64,000 nucleotides of DNA from the NCBI GenBank assembly GCA_038061755.1, contig JBBTYN010000004.1, positions 3,198 to 67,197 on the forward strand, in the 5' to 3' direction. The position numbers were made by a program, and so were the translations under genes. The notes under the pieces are model-generated. The model saw only the letters and a list, made by a program, of their open reading frames with translations. It was not told the origin of the DNA and did no database searches. This stretch comes from Patescibacteria group bacterium (GTDB lineage: Bacteria > Patescibacteriota > Minisyncoccia > Phycocordibacterales > UBA9973). Numbering within the stretch: position 1 is the stretch's first letter; each line of letters begins with the position of its first letter. Positions 1 through 12,369 of this stretch are shown piece after piece.

Positions 1-1
1 T

Positions 2-421
2 ACACAATCCGATCAAACAAATTATGGTGGAAACGCTGACCATCACAATCTGCACTATCGCCCGCATGCAAAAGAAGAAAGCAAAGAATTGGCTTTATGT
101 AGCGTTCTTTCTACTGACGATGTAAAACCTATTGCTCGCATGGTGTATACTGAAAAAAATTATGATCATAAGCGAGCATCACTTTTTCTTGTGGGTGAAA
201 TGTTTGGTAAAGTGCCAGCGTCGCTTCATGTTATTCTCGACGATGAAGACAGTCCAAATAGTGGTGGTATTGTTGTAGATGCCATTAGAGCTGCTAGAGT
301 TTTGATAGAAAAGAACGCAACAGAAAAAGCCACAGAACTCGGAGCCTCGCTTATGAAAGCACCTTTTAAACAATTATCTGAAGAAGAATCGTATAGAAAA
401 TTTTCTGAAATTTTGGGTTAG
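2..421 (+). CDS. ino1: myo-inositol-1-phosphate synthase family protein, C-terminal part (5' truncated by window edge)
   Basis: Frame is open from base 2 (TQSDQTNYGGNADHHN...). Motifs QxNxGGNxD, KxxSK, DHKRA, EDSPNSGG and LMKAP match MIPS, though divergent. Confidence 0.7.
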   Translation, partial: TQSDQTNYGGNADHHNLHYRPHAKEESKELALCSVLSTDDVKPIARMVYTEKNYDHKRASLFLVGEMFGKVPASLHVILDDEDSPNSGGIVVDAIRAARVLIEKNATEKATELGASLMKAPFKQLSEEESYRKFSEILG

Positions 422-440
422 AATACACTAAAAGGTATTC

Positions 441-1658
441 TTATTCTTTGTTCTTAAGATTACGCCTTATCTCATGAAGATTATTTCCAATATAGCAAAA
501 AAGCCTGTAATAATATCCTAATGACATTTTTGAATCTTTAGCTTCTATTTTAAACTCTTGTGGTAGATGTTTTTTTTTAAAAAGTAATGAAATAATCTGG
601 TCAGGAGGCATGCGCTCGAGTTCATCCCAAAGAGCGTATCCTTTTATGAGAATGATACAGCGTGCAAGTCTGGTAGCGTATTTCTTAAGGTAGGCAAGTT
701 TATATTCAAAACTATGATTGTTTGAATAATATACCTTTCTAACTAATTGTAAGTATTCCACAGAACGTATAAATATACTTTCAATGTATTGTTCTTTTGT
801 TACTTTTTTATACTGTTCGTGTAATATATCTTTTCCATAGATACATAAACCTTTTGTCACATATTCTAAAACAAATTCTCTTGTGAAAAAAGAAAGGTCG
901 TTTTTTATTTCAGTATTGGTATAAATATGAAAATCAAGATTTTCAAAATATTTTTCAAGAAAAACAAGTAAAGGTGTAATATCTACCTTGTCATCCTTAA
1001 TGACAATAGTCATATCGGTATCATGTATGTCGGCCTTGTGTATTTTTTTGTAAATAGAACCATAAAGAAAAATACAAGTAATATTAGATGCACATGGAAA
1101 TTTTGAAATGTCAGCGCTAATTTTTTCTACAGCAATATTAACTAATCTATTTACCTGATTTACTGATTTAATAAATATATTATAGGCTCGCTTAAGTTCA
1201 GTTTTATTAAAAGTGATAACATTTAAGGCGTCCCGATAAGTATACCATTCTGCAGATTCAATCTTTTTATTTACATCATTCCAATCGGCAGATGTTGGAG
1301 CAAGCTTATTCTCTACGCTAAACACATTAATATATAATTCTTTAAATAGAGTATGTTTTTCATCTAGGTCATAGCTATAACTGTCTGTGGCACAAAGGTC
1401 AATATATTTTAGTTGATCATATTCAATTCCAACTTCTTCTTTTATCTCCCTAAAAGCTGCATCAATTTGGCTTTCTTCCGGTTCTAATTTGCCTTTTGGA
1501 ATCCAAATCTCACCATTACTATGCTTTATTAGAAGTATATAAACACAAAAAGTTTCTTTATCCATGTAGAATATAAAACCACCCGAGGAAACTTTCTTTA
1601 CTATTTCTTTTTGTAACCCAGTTTCTTTTTTAGATTTTTTCAACTTATTTTTTTTCAT
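441..1658 (-). CDS. NUDIX hydrolase fused to a Pol-beta-like nucleotidyltransferase and helical C-terminal domain
   Basis: Perfect Nudix box GKLEPEESQIDAAFREIKEEVGI; downstream IFLYGS...HDTDMTIV...DFH NTase motif. Confidence 0.75.
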   Translation of the reverse strand: MKKNKLKKSKKETGLQKEIVKKVSSGGFIFYMDKETFCVYILLIKHSNGEIWIPKGKLEPEESQIDAAFREIKEEVGIEYDQLKYIDLCATDSYSYDLDEKHTLFKELYINVFSVENKLAPTSADWNDVNKKIESAEWYTYRDALNVITFNKTELKRAYNIFIKSVNQVNRLVNIAVEKISADISKFPCASNITCIFLYGSIYKKIHKADIHDTDMTIVIKDDKVDITPLLVFLEKYFENLDFHIYTNTEIKNDLSFFTREFVLEYVTKGLCIYGKDILHEQYKKVTKEQYIESIFIRSVEYLQLVRKVYYSNNHSFEYKLAYLKKYATRLARCIILIKGYALWDELERMPPDQIISLLFKKKHLPQEFKIEAKDSKMSLGYYYRLFCYIGNNLHEIRRNLKNKE

Positions 1659-1791
1659 GAATGAATTATATCAATGAATCAAAGAAAGTAAATAGCTACA
1701 TATTGCTGAATTCAATAGCAATAAGTTAATATAGTAAATATATATTATTACTGATACAATCTTTATATGCCCAACGAACTCCAAAACCCAA

Positions 1792-1847
1792 TTTCGTACT
1801 AGCAAGGACAGTTCTTACTAGCAAGGACAGTTCTTGCTAGTAAGAAA
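1792..1847. repeat. palindromic element (AGCAAGG-ACAGT-TCTTGCT) with 19-bp tandem duplication of the left part
   Basis: tttcgtactagcaaggacag ttcttactagcaaggacagttcttgctagtaagaaa. Confidence 0.85.
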
Positions 1848-1981
1848 AACTGGACACATGGTTTCGTATACAAAAATTTAATCTAATAAGCCCTTGAAAT
1901 AATTTCGTGCAAAAGTTATAATTAGATCATTAGAACTAGAAAATATTGTATTTCAGTTATTATTTATTATAATAGATATAT

Positions 1982-2371
1982 ATGGAAAATTCACAACCAC
2001 AAGGGAAAGAAGGCGCTACATCAGATAAGGTTTTTAATAAAAGAAAGGTGTTTGCCGCAGAAGATAGAGCTAATTCATTAATTGAGCAAGCTAAATTTAA
2101 TGAAGCAATAGAAATCGTAGAACAACTTGAGGTAGAAGTGAACAATATGGTAATGCCTGACAGATTTAGTAAAACAGCAAAGCCTTCTGAGGGTGTATAT
2201 AGTTCCTTTAATGGTGGATTAAATGCTGCAATTTTAAAAGGTTTAACAGAGGATGAATACAAAAGACAAATTTTGTTAATTAATTTACGTGATATAAAAA
2301 ATAAAATTCTTCAGGCAATATCTGATCTTGACTCGGTAATAATAGATATTGAAGCGACAAAACAGGAGTAA
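1982..2371 (+). CDS. hypothetical protein
   Basis: 129-aa ORF; TATAAT 8 nt before ATG; no recognisable motif. Confidence 0.6.
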   Translation: MENSQPQGKEGATSDKVFNKRKVFAAEDRANSLIEQAKFNEAIEIVEQLEVEVNNMVMPDRFSKTAKPSEGVYSSFNGGLNAAILKGLTEDEYKRQILLINLRDIKNKILQAISDLDSVIIDIEATKQE

Positions 2372-2440
2372 TTGTTTAAAATTTGCATCTGAAATATTTT
2401 TCATTTATACTATAAGAAAGGCTAAACACCTTTTATTTTT

Positions 2441-2734
2441 GTGAGTAAAATAGAAAACAATCAAAATAGTTCTGGTCCGTGGTGGAAACCAGCGATGGAG
2501 ATACTGGGTGAAGTTTCGACATGGATTGTCGTGCCTATTGTGTTGGCATTAGTTTTTGGCAAAATGCTTGATGTGCGTTTCGGAACAAAGCCAGTTATAT
2601 TTTTAGTGTTTGCCGGAATTGGTTTTTTAGTCACTTGTTTTGGTATGTATAGGGTTGTAAAGAATTATATAAAAAAATTACAAGACATTAGTCCCGACAA
2701 AAGTCGGGATCTCGACAAAAGTCGGGAAATATAA
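2441..2734 (+). CDS. AtpZ/AtpI-family ATP synthase accessory protein
   Basis: Two TM segments with GxxLDxRFGTxP motif; first gene of the atp operon. Confidence 0.8.
   Translation: MSKIENNQNSSGPWWKPAMEILGEVSTWIVVPIVLALVFGKMLDVRFGTKPVIFLVFAGIGFLVTCFGMYRVVKNYIKKLQDISPDKSRDLDKSREI
2692..2727. repeat. tandem 18-bp palindromic unit in the C-terminus of the atpZ/I-like gene
   Basis: tcccgacaaaagtcggga tctcgacaaaagtcggga. Confidence 0.8.
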
Positions 2735-2737
2735 TAT

Positions 2738-3583
2738 ATGGAAAAGATATCTCAAGAAATTACACTTTTTGCCGAACCAATATTTCATGCTGGAAGTTTT
2801 ACTGTTACCAATGCTCTTCTAACTTCTTGGGTTGTTGTTGCTATTATTATAATTTTATCTTTCGTTTTACGTTCAAGACTTAAAACAGTTCCTGGTAAAT
2901 TGCAAAATATTTTTGAATTAATAATTGAAAATGCTCTTGGTCTTTGTGACCAAGTTACAAATAGCAGAGCTCTCTCTGTAAAAATTTTTCCAATCGCTAT
3001 ATCAGTTTTTTTCTTTATTTTAATTAATAATTGGTTGGGGATACTTCCTTTCGGTGGTTTTGGAATCATAGAAAAAAGCGAGGAAGGTCTGGCATTTATT
3101 CCATTTCTTCGTGGAGGTACAGCTGATGTAAATACCACAATCGCGCTTGCAGTAATGGCAGTTGTTGGGGCAAATGTCTTTGGTGTTTTTTCGATCGGCC
3201 TATGGAAAACTTTTAATAAATATGTTAATCTAAAGGTGCTCGGGCAAATATTTACAAAAATAAGAGAAGACAAAACTGTAATTATTGTAGCTCCAATCAC
3301 GTTCTTTGTTGGTTTAATTGAAATTATTGGTGAATTTGCAAAAGTTGCTTCGCTTTCATTTCGTCTTTTTGGAAATGTATTTGCTGGAGAAGTCCTTTTG
3401 GTATCGATGGCAGCCCTAGTGGCTTATATCGTTCCGATACCTTTTCTTTTTCTAGAATTACTTGTGGGAGTTATCCAAGCATTGATTTTTTCAATTTTAT
3501 TGGTGGTTTATTTTACTATTGGAGCTACGGACCATGATGAGCATGAATCTGAACACAAGAAACATGCAATAGCCACAGTTTAA
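2738..3583 (+). CDS. atpB: ATP synthase Fo subunit a
   Basis: SLSFRLFGNVFAGE; IQALIFSIL. Confidence 0.97.
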   Translation: MEKISQEITLFAEPIFHAGSFTVTNALLTSWVVVAIIIILSFVLRSRLKTVPGKLQNIFELIIENALGLCDQVTNSRALSVKIFPIAISVFFFILINNWLGILPFGGFGIIEKSEEGLAFIPFLRGGTADVNTTIALAVMAVVGANVFGVFSIGLWKTFNKYVNLKVLGQIFTKIREDKTVIIVAPITFFVGLIEIIGEFAKVASLSFRLFGNVFAGEVLLVSMAALVAYIVPIPFLFLELLVGVIQALIFSILLVVYFTIGATDHDEHESEHKKHAIATV

Positions 3584-3623
3584 TTTATTATAAATTATTA
3601 GTCGAAATTATTAGCTTGATTAA

Positions 3624-3899
<276 letters not shown>

Positions 3900-3907
3900 A
3901 ATTATTA

Positions 3908-4027
3908 TTTGAAAATTTAAAATAGTTTCTTTCAAAAAGCAATCTATCTAGCAAAGCTTTGCTAGCGAACTGCTCGGCTCGTCAGCCTGCGCAAGGCTTT
4001 TCTTAAGAACTATTTTAAATTTTCAAA
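3908..4027 (+). other. ~120-nt structured intergenic element (long outer stem plus two inner hairpins), copy 1
   Basis: 20-bp perfect outer arms tttgaaaatttaaaatagtt/aactattttaaattttcaaa; inner ctagcaaagctttgctag and ggct-cgtc-agcc. Confidence 0.8.
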
Positions 4028-4035
4028 AACTACCC

Positions 4036-4482
4036 ATGGATTCAATTATTTCAACATTTCATATAGATTGGAAAATTATTATTGCTCAAGCAATCAATTT
4101 CGGAGTTGTTTTTGTTGTTTTATATATTTTTGCTCTTAAGCCACTTTCCAAGCTGATGGTAGAACGTAGTGAAAGAATTTCTAAAGGAATTGATGATGCA
4201 AAAAAATCTAATGAATTGTTGCAACAATCTGCCGAAGAATATAAACAAAATACAATAAAATTAAGACAGATAGCAATTGATTCTCAAAAAGAACTTACTA
4301 AAGAGTTAGATCAATTGAGAGTAAAAAATCTAGATAGAATAAAAGCAGATAATAATGAATGGACAAAAAAGAGAGCGGAGCAGATGGAAATTGATAAAAA
4401 AGTTTTGGTTGAATCAGCAAAAAACGAACTCGTTACACTTGCGATGCTAGCCGTTAAAAAAATTATGGCAGAAAAAAAATAA
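4036..4482 (+). CDS. atpF: ATP synthase Fo subunit b
   Basis: N-terminal TM (AQAINF), KPL..ER..I coiled coil; operon position. Confidence 0.9.
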   Translation: MDSIISTFHIDWKIIIAQAINFGVVFVVLYIFALKPLSKLMVERSERISKGIDDAKKSNELLQQSAEEYKQNTIKLRQIAIDSQKELTKELDQLRVKNLDRIKADNNEWTKKRAEQMEIDKKVLVESAKNELVTLAMLAVKKIMAEKK

Positions 4483-4500
4483 GTAAAAACAAATAAAATA

Positions 4501-4911
4501 ATGGCAAAAATTTCTCCCAAAAATATAGCAGAAGCAGTGTATGAGGCAACAAAAAACAAGTCGGGACAGGGCTTGGCGTTTGTACTTAAACGCTCGGCTC
4601 AAATAATAAAAGAGAAAAGAATGTTGGGTAAGTCTAATGAAGTCTTAAGTGCTTTGCAAAATATTTTTGATAAAAAAACTGGTACTGTTAGAATGAAAGT
4701 AACAACTACGAATAATATAGGGATAGAGGAGAAAAGTAAATTAGAGAGTGAAATTAAAGAAAAATATAAGGCGCAAATTGTGATAGGTGAATTTTTTAAA
4801 AAAGAAGAATTATTAGGCGGAATGAAGATTGAGGTTGGAGATGAAATATTGGATAATACATACAAAAATAAACTTCAGAAATTAGAAAAATTTTTAATAC
4901 AAGAAAAATAA
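4501..4911 (+). CDS. atpH: ATP synthase F1 subunit delta (short form)
   Basis: LLGGMKIEVGDEILDNT OSCP motif. Confidence 0.9.
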   Translation: MAKISPKNIAEAVYEATKNKSGQGLAFVLKRSAQIIKEKRMLGKSNEVLSALQNIFDKKTGTVRMKVTTTNNIGIEEKSKLESEIKEKYKAQIVIGEFFKKEELLGGMKIEVGDEILDNTYKNKLQKLEKFLIQEK

Positions 4912-4920
4912 AATAAATAT

Positions 4921-6415
4921 ATGTCAAACCATATCGTAGAAATTTTAAAAAAAGAAATAGAAAATTTTAAAACAGAAATTAAGGTTGAAAAAGTGGGTAA
5001 AGTATTAGAAGTTTTTGATGGCATTGCAAAAGTTTCTGGACTTTCAGATATTAAATCTTCTGAAATGGTAACTTTTTTGAATGGTGAGACGGGGGTGGCT
5101 CTTAACTTAGAGGAAGATACAGTCGGGGTAATTATTTTCGGGGAATTTTCTGCTATTAAAGAAGGGGATGAAGTAAAAGCTACTGGAAAAATTCTTGAAA
5201 TTCCAGTTTCTGATAGTATTTTAGGGAGAGTAGTAAATGCCATTGGTGTTCCTATTGATGGCAAGGGCGCTATAAAAGCCGGAAAAAACGGTTTGCAAAC
5301 TTATCCAATTGAAAAAGTGGCTTCAGGTGTTATTACTCGCTTATCTGTCTCAGAACCAGTTTCTACTGGTATAAAGGTTATTGATGCGATTATTCCTATT
5401 GGTCGTGGGCAACGCGAACTTATTATTGGTGATCGCCAAACTGGAAAAACCGCAATCGTTATTGATACAATTCTTAATCAAAAAGGTCAAGATATGATAT
5501 GCGTGTATGTCTCTATTGGTCAAAAAGATTCTAAATTGAGAAAGATTGAAGCGCGATTAGAAGAAGGCGGAGCGATGGCTTATACAGTTATCGTATCAGC
5601 TGGCGCTTCAGAAGCTGCTTCACTTTCTTATGTTGCGCCATATACAGGAGTAACTATTGCGGAATATTTTATGGATCAAGGTAAAGACGTTTTGATTATT
5701 TATGATGATCTTTCTAAACACGCTGTCGCTTATCGTGAAATTTCTCTTTTGCTCCGTCGTCCACCAGGTCGCGAGGCATACCCAGGAGATGTTTTTTATT
5801 TGCATTCTCGTTTGCTTGAACGCGCTTGTCGTAGAAATAAAGAATATGGCGGAGGTTCCATCACAGCTTTGCCTATTATTGAAACACAGGCTGGCGATGT
5901 GTCAGCATATATTCCAACAAATGTTATTTCTATTACTGATGGACAAATTTTTCTAGAAACTGATCTTTTTTATAAAGGTATTAGGCCTGCGGTAAATGTT
6001 GGTCTTTCTGTTTCTCGTGTTGGTTCTAGTGCTCAGATTAAAGCAATGAAAAAAGTGGCTGGGACATTAAAACTCGATTTAGCGCAGTTTCGTGAGCTTG
6101 AAGCATTTGCTCAATTTGGTTCTGATCTTGATGATGCCACCAAGCGCCAGCTTGAACGCGGAAAGAGAGCGGTAGAAGTATTAAAACAGCTTCAATATGC
6201 GCCAGTAAAAATTGAACACCAAATTGTCACGCTTTATGCTCTTACTAAAGGTTTTATGGATGATGTAGCAATTGATAAAATAAAAGAATTTGAACAAGGA
6301 TTCATGGAATATAGTGAACGTAATGCAAAAGTTTTTTATAAACAAATTGCTGAGAAAAAAATGTGGGATGATAAAGGCGAGGAGGAATTAAAAAAAGCAA
6401 TTGAGGATTTTAAAA

Positions 6416-6429
<14 letters not shown>
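4921..6429 (+). CDS. atpA: ATP synthase F1 subunit alpha
   Basis: GDRQTGKT; [23 protein letters not shown]. Confidence 0.99.
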
Positions 6430-8843
<2,414 letters not shown>

Positions 8844-8849
8844 AAATAT

Positions 8850-9296
8850 ATGTCAAAACAATTAAAACTTAAAATAGTAACTCCAGAACGTCTCGTCTTA
8901 GAAGAAATTGTAGACCAAGTAAGTTTGCCGACCACTCTTGGTGAGATAACAGTTTTGCCAGACCATATCTCTTTGATTACTGGTCTTGTGTCTGGAGATG
9001 TTGTTGCGTTCATAAACGGTGAGCATGTGCCAATGGCTGTTGTTGGTGGATTTGTGGAAATAAAGAAGAATAAAGAAGACCAAACAGAAGTTGCTGTACT
9101 AGCAGACTTTGCTGAACATATTACTGAAATTTCAGATATTGCAATAGAGAAAGCAAAAACTCGCGCGGAAGAGTTGAAGAAGTTGATGGAAAATAAAGAA
9201 CATGTGGACTTTGAACACTTTGAAGCTGAACTCGAACGCTCACTTACTCGTGTAAAAATTGCAGACAAATGGAGAACTAGGAAGTATAGGAAATAA
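8850..9296 (+). CDS. atpC: ATP synthase F1 subunit epsilon
   Basis: LKIVTPER...GEITVLPDH...GGFVEI; start at MSKQ. Confidence 0.95.
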   Translation: MSKQLKLKIVTPERLVLEEIVDQVSLPTTLGEITVLPDHISLITGLVSGDVVAFINGEHVPMAVVGGFVEIKKNKEDQTEVAVLADFAEHITEISDIAIEKAKTRAEELKKLMENKEHVDFEHFEAELERSLTRVKIADKWRTRKYRK

Positions 9297-9339
9297 ATTT
9301 ATATTGAGTTATATTTTAAAATTGAGTAGAATTAGGTGA

Positions 9340-9540
9340 GTGAAAAAGGGAAAATTAAAATTTAAAAAAATCATTAAAGATAGAATAGAAAGATCGTGTG
9401 TTGTTTGTGGTAAAAAAATTAAAATTATTTTATACAATGATTATTCATATAGAGGCGGACATTATTTTGCGTTTGGGGACAAAAAACCTAAAGACCCTAA
9501 AAAAGAATATTGGGAATGTTCAAAATGTTATAAAAATTAA
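9340..9540 (+). CDS. small putative zinc-ribbon protein
   Basis: CVVC...ECSKC; GTG start. Confidence 0.65.
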   Translation: MKKGKLKFKKIIKDRIERSCVVCGKKIKIILYNDYSYRGGHYFAFGDKKPKDPKKEYWECSKCYKN

Positions 9541-9556
9541 ATCTAATTAATAATTT

Positions 9557-10270
9557 ATGTCTAAATTTTATGTGGTGGCGACACCGATAGGAAATATGGG
9601 AGACATTACACTCCGAGCTATCGAAACACTAAAAAGTGTGGATTTGATATTGTGTGAAGATACTCGAGAGACTAAGAAGATTTTAGATAAATATGGTATC
9701 AGTAAAATAACTATGAGTTATCCATCCGATGATGTAATCGGAAAAAACTACAGACAAAGTAAGCTTGCAAAGATTTTAAGATTACTAGAAGAAGGGAAAA
9801 ATTTAGCATTAGTTTCAGACGCTGGTACACCAGGGATTTCTGATCCGGGAGCTTTACTTGTTTCTCAAATCAAAGAGCATTTTAATCCAGCAAGGGGAGT
9901 CCTTGCTGGAAAAGTGCAAGTTATTCCAATTCCGGGTCCTTCAGCCGTTATCGCTGCGCTCTCGGCCTCAGGATTACCAATTCATGAATTCACTTTTCTA
10001 GGTTTTTTGCCACACAAAAAAGGTAGGGAAACATTATTTAAAGAAATTTCGCAAGCAAAAAGAACGATGGTATTTTATGAATCTCCGCATAGAATATTAA
10101 AAACGCTAGAATCTCTTATAAAATATACCCCAAATAAAAAAGTCTGTATTGCTCGAGAATTGACAAAAATTTATGAAGAATTTAAAACAGGTACACCTGT
10201 TGAAGTTTTGGAATATTTTCAAAAGAATAAAGAGAAGCAAAGAGGGGAGTTTGTTGTTATAGTTTCTTGA
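9557..10270 (+). CDS. rsmI: 16S rRNA (cytidine1402-2'-O)-methyltransferase
   Basis: VATPIGNMGDITLRA; CEDTR; SDAGTPGISDPG; YESPHR. Confidence 0.97.
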   Translation: MSKFYVVATPIGNMGDITLRAIETLKSVDLILCEDTRETKKILDKYGISKITMSYPSDDVIGKNYRQSKLAKILRLLEEGKNLALVSDAGTPGISDPGALLVSQIKEHFNPARGVLAGKVQVIPIPGPSAVIAALSASGLPIHEFTFLGFLPHKKGRETLFKEISQAKRTMVFYESPHRILKTLESLIKYTPNKKVCIARELTKIYEEFKTGTPVEVLEYFQKNKEKQRGEFVVIVS

Positions 10271-10273
10271 AAA

Positions 10274-10317
10274 GCCAAAGGGCATCTTTGACACACTTGT
10301 CAAAGATGCCCTTTGGC
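10274..10317. repeat. 44-bp palindrome, GCCAAAG-N5-CTTTGAC family, between convergent rsmI and priA
   Basis: gccaaagggcatctttgaca cact tgtcaaagatgccctttggc (20-bp perfect stem). Confidence 0.92.
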
Positions 10318-10322
10318 AGGAT

Positions 10323-12275
10323 TTACAACAAATCTTCGGGATCTACAAATATTTCAAAAGATGATGGAAGAGAAAGAAGTTTAGCTAGAAGATTTTTATC
10401 TATAGAAGAATTAGTGGAAATTTCTGGAAGAGACCATTCTTGAGTATTTATTTTTATTAATGTGTTTGTTACATATTTATTTTTATTTTTAGTTATAAAT
10501 CCACTGAAGATTTCAGGATTGTATTCTTTAAAAAGTTCTTTTAATGTTTTTTTAGCTTCAATAGACTCTTCTTTATCACCAAAATAGGTAATTTTTATAA
10601 AACGTTTATATGGTGGATAGAATAATTTACGTCTATCTTCTAATTCTTCTCGCACAAAAGATAATAAATTTCCTGCTTTAATTGCAAGGATTGCTGGATC
10701 ATTCTCATTTTTTATTTGGATGATAAGTAATTCTTTTGTGTTATTAATTATTGAAAGTACAATTTGGATAATTTTTTCACTCATTTTAAAATTTGGTATG
10801 CTCCAAAGTGAATCAAAAGAAGCGATAATTGAAAGTGACACTTTGTTTTTTAAGTAGAAAAATGCCATTTCTGTACCTATTAATATTGACCCCTGATTAT
10901 CTTCAAATTCTTTTATGATTTTTTTGGCACCACTTTCTGTTTTTGCAGATTCTTTGTCTAATCTAAAAATTTTTGTTTTTGGAAATTTATTTTTAATTTC
11001 TTCGAAAACAGTTTCTGTTCCTATTCCAAGAGGCATTAAATTCCAACTTCCACAAGTTGCACAAGCAATGTCTCCGTCTATATTTATTTCACATCTATTA
11101 CATACGAACGCCCTTTTTTTATTTTGGTGTGACATATAAAGTACTAATGGTGCTCCACATTTTTCACAGCTCATTGTTTCATTGCAGTCTTTACAAAGAG
11201 TCATAGTTGCTAAACCTTTCCTTAATGAGAAAATAAAAATACTTTTTTTATTTTCTAATGTAGATTTTATTTCTTTTATACTTTCATCATTTAATATTTG
11301 GAATTTTTTATTACCTCTCCCCCCATCGCCTGGTAATTGGCGGGCAGGCTTACCTAAAACTTCTATTTTTCCATCAAAATCAATTCTAAAAGATAACGGA
11401 TATAAGGGATTTAAATTATCCATATCTTTTCTTCCAATTGTCTCGTAGCGTAATATTTCATCAGCTATAATAAATCTAGCATTTATTTTTGAAGCATAAA
11501 TCTCTACAAAAACTCTTAAATCAATATGTGTTTTCGTAATTATTTTATAAATATTAGAATTTTCGTGTTCTAAAATTATAGTGCCAATATTTTTTTTAGG
11601 AATAGACAAAAATGGCGGAGTGCTGATGATTAAGACTGGGTGAGTGGAATTTATTATTTTTTCATAAGTTATTAATTTTTTTTTTGCATTTATTCCACCA
11701 TGTATAGAAAAAGTAAATTTTTCAATTCCTTTTGATAATTGAAGAGTAAATTTTTCTATATCAAACTGAGTTGGTAAAACCAAAAAAATAGATTTATTTC
11801 TTGCAAAAGATTCTCGAACAAGTGTTTTGTATATAGATATGCGATCTTGTAATGGATATTGAAATAATAATTTTTCAGATTTTAGATTTTGTTGTTTTTC
11901 AAGCGAGGTAAAAGGTGGGGTAAGGTGCATTATCTTATCATATTTTTCTATAAAAATATTTGGAATTAATGAAGCAATGGCACTGTTTTTATTTTGGGCA
12001 AAATATTTACTTGTATCAAAAATTGTATCAAGAAATTCTTTTAAAAAAAAAGAACTTCCTTTGTCTTTTGTAACTTTTTTTAAGTTAAAATCCATATTTT
12101 TTACATTGCTTTTTTCCCCTTTTAGTTCTTCACTAGAAGTAACTAGCGCCAGGGTTTCCTTGTTTCTTATTGGAACAGATACAATATTTCCAACAGCTAT
12201 GTTCAAACTGGTAAAATAAGTTAAATCACCTTTCAATATACATTTTTTTAGTGGTATGACGGATATTATTTTCAT
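10323..12275 (-). CDS. priA: primosomal protein N' (helicase motifs degenerate)
   Basis: RKG...CxxC...CxxC...CxxC...CxxCGS zinc region; GIGTE; YPPY; no clear Walker A/DExH. Confidence 0.85.
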   Translation of the reverse strand: MKIISVIPLKKCILKGDLTYFTSLNIAVGNIVSVPIRNKETLALVTSSEELKGEKSNVKNMDFNLKKVTKDKGSSFFLKEFLDTIFDTSKYFAQNKNSAIASLIPNIFIEKYDKIMHLTPPFTSLEKQQNLKSEKLLFQYPLQDRISIYKTLVRESFARNKSIFLVLPTQFDIEKFTLQLSKGIEKFTFSIHGGINAKKKLITYEKIINSTHPVLIISTPPFLSIPKKNIGTIILEHENSNIYKIITKTHIDLRVFVEIYASKINARFIIADEILRYETIGRKDMDNLNPLYPLSFRIDFDGKIEVLGKPARQLPGDGGRGNKKFQILNDESIKEIKSTLENKKSIFIFSLRKGLATMTLCKDCNETMSCEKCGAPLVLYMSHQNKKRAFVCNRCEINIDGDIACATCGSWNLMPLGIGTETVFEEIKNKFPKTKIFRLDKESAKTESGAKKIIKEFEDNQGSILIGTEMAFFYLKNKVSLSIIASFDSLWSIPNFKMSEKIIQIVLSIINNTKELLIIQIKNENDPAILAIKAGNLLSFVREELEDRRKLFYPPYKRFIKITYFGDKEESIEAKKTLKELFKEYNPEIFSGFITKNKNKYVTNTLIKINTQEWSLPEISTNSSIDKNLLAKLLSLPSSFEIFVDPEDLL

Positions 12276-12279
12276 AAAT

Positions 12280-12325
12280 TTTTTGTGGCGTTAAGCTCGT
12301 AGTTTTTGTGACATTAAGCTAGTAG
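12280..12325. repeat. two imperfect 23-bp direct repeats between divergent priA and mreB
   Basis: tttttgtggcgttaagctcgtag tttttgtgacattaagctagtag. Confidence 0.65.
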
Positions 12326-12369
12326 TTTATACATTTCATTCTAGCATAAATGTGTGTTATATTACTTCC

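Noticed and set aside
1792-1847. CRISPR array suggested by short repeats
   Set aside because: Repeats are directly adjacent without unique spacers, and there are no cas genes; the same holds for all other repeats in the window
3975-3990. Hammerhead ribozyme core (CTGACGA on the minus strand)
   Set aside because: No matching GAAA/stem arrangement, and the second copy reads CCGACGG
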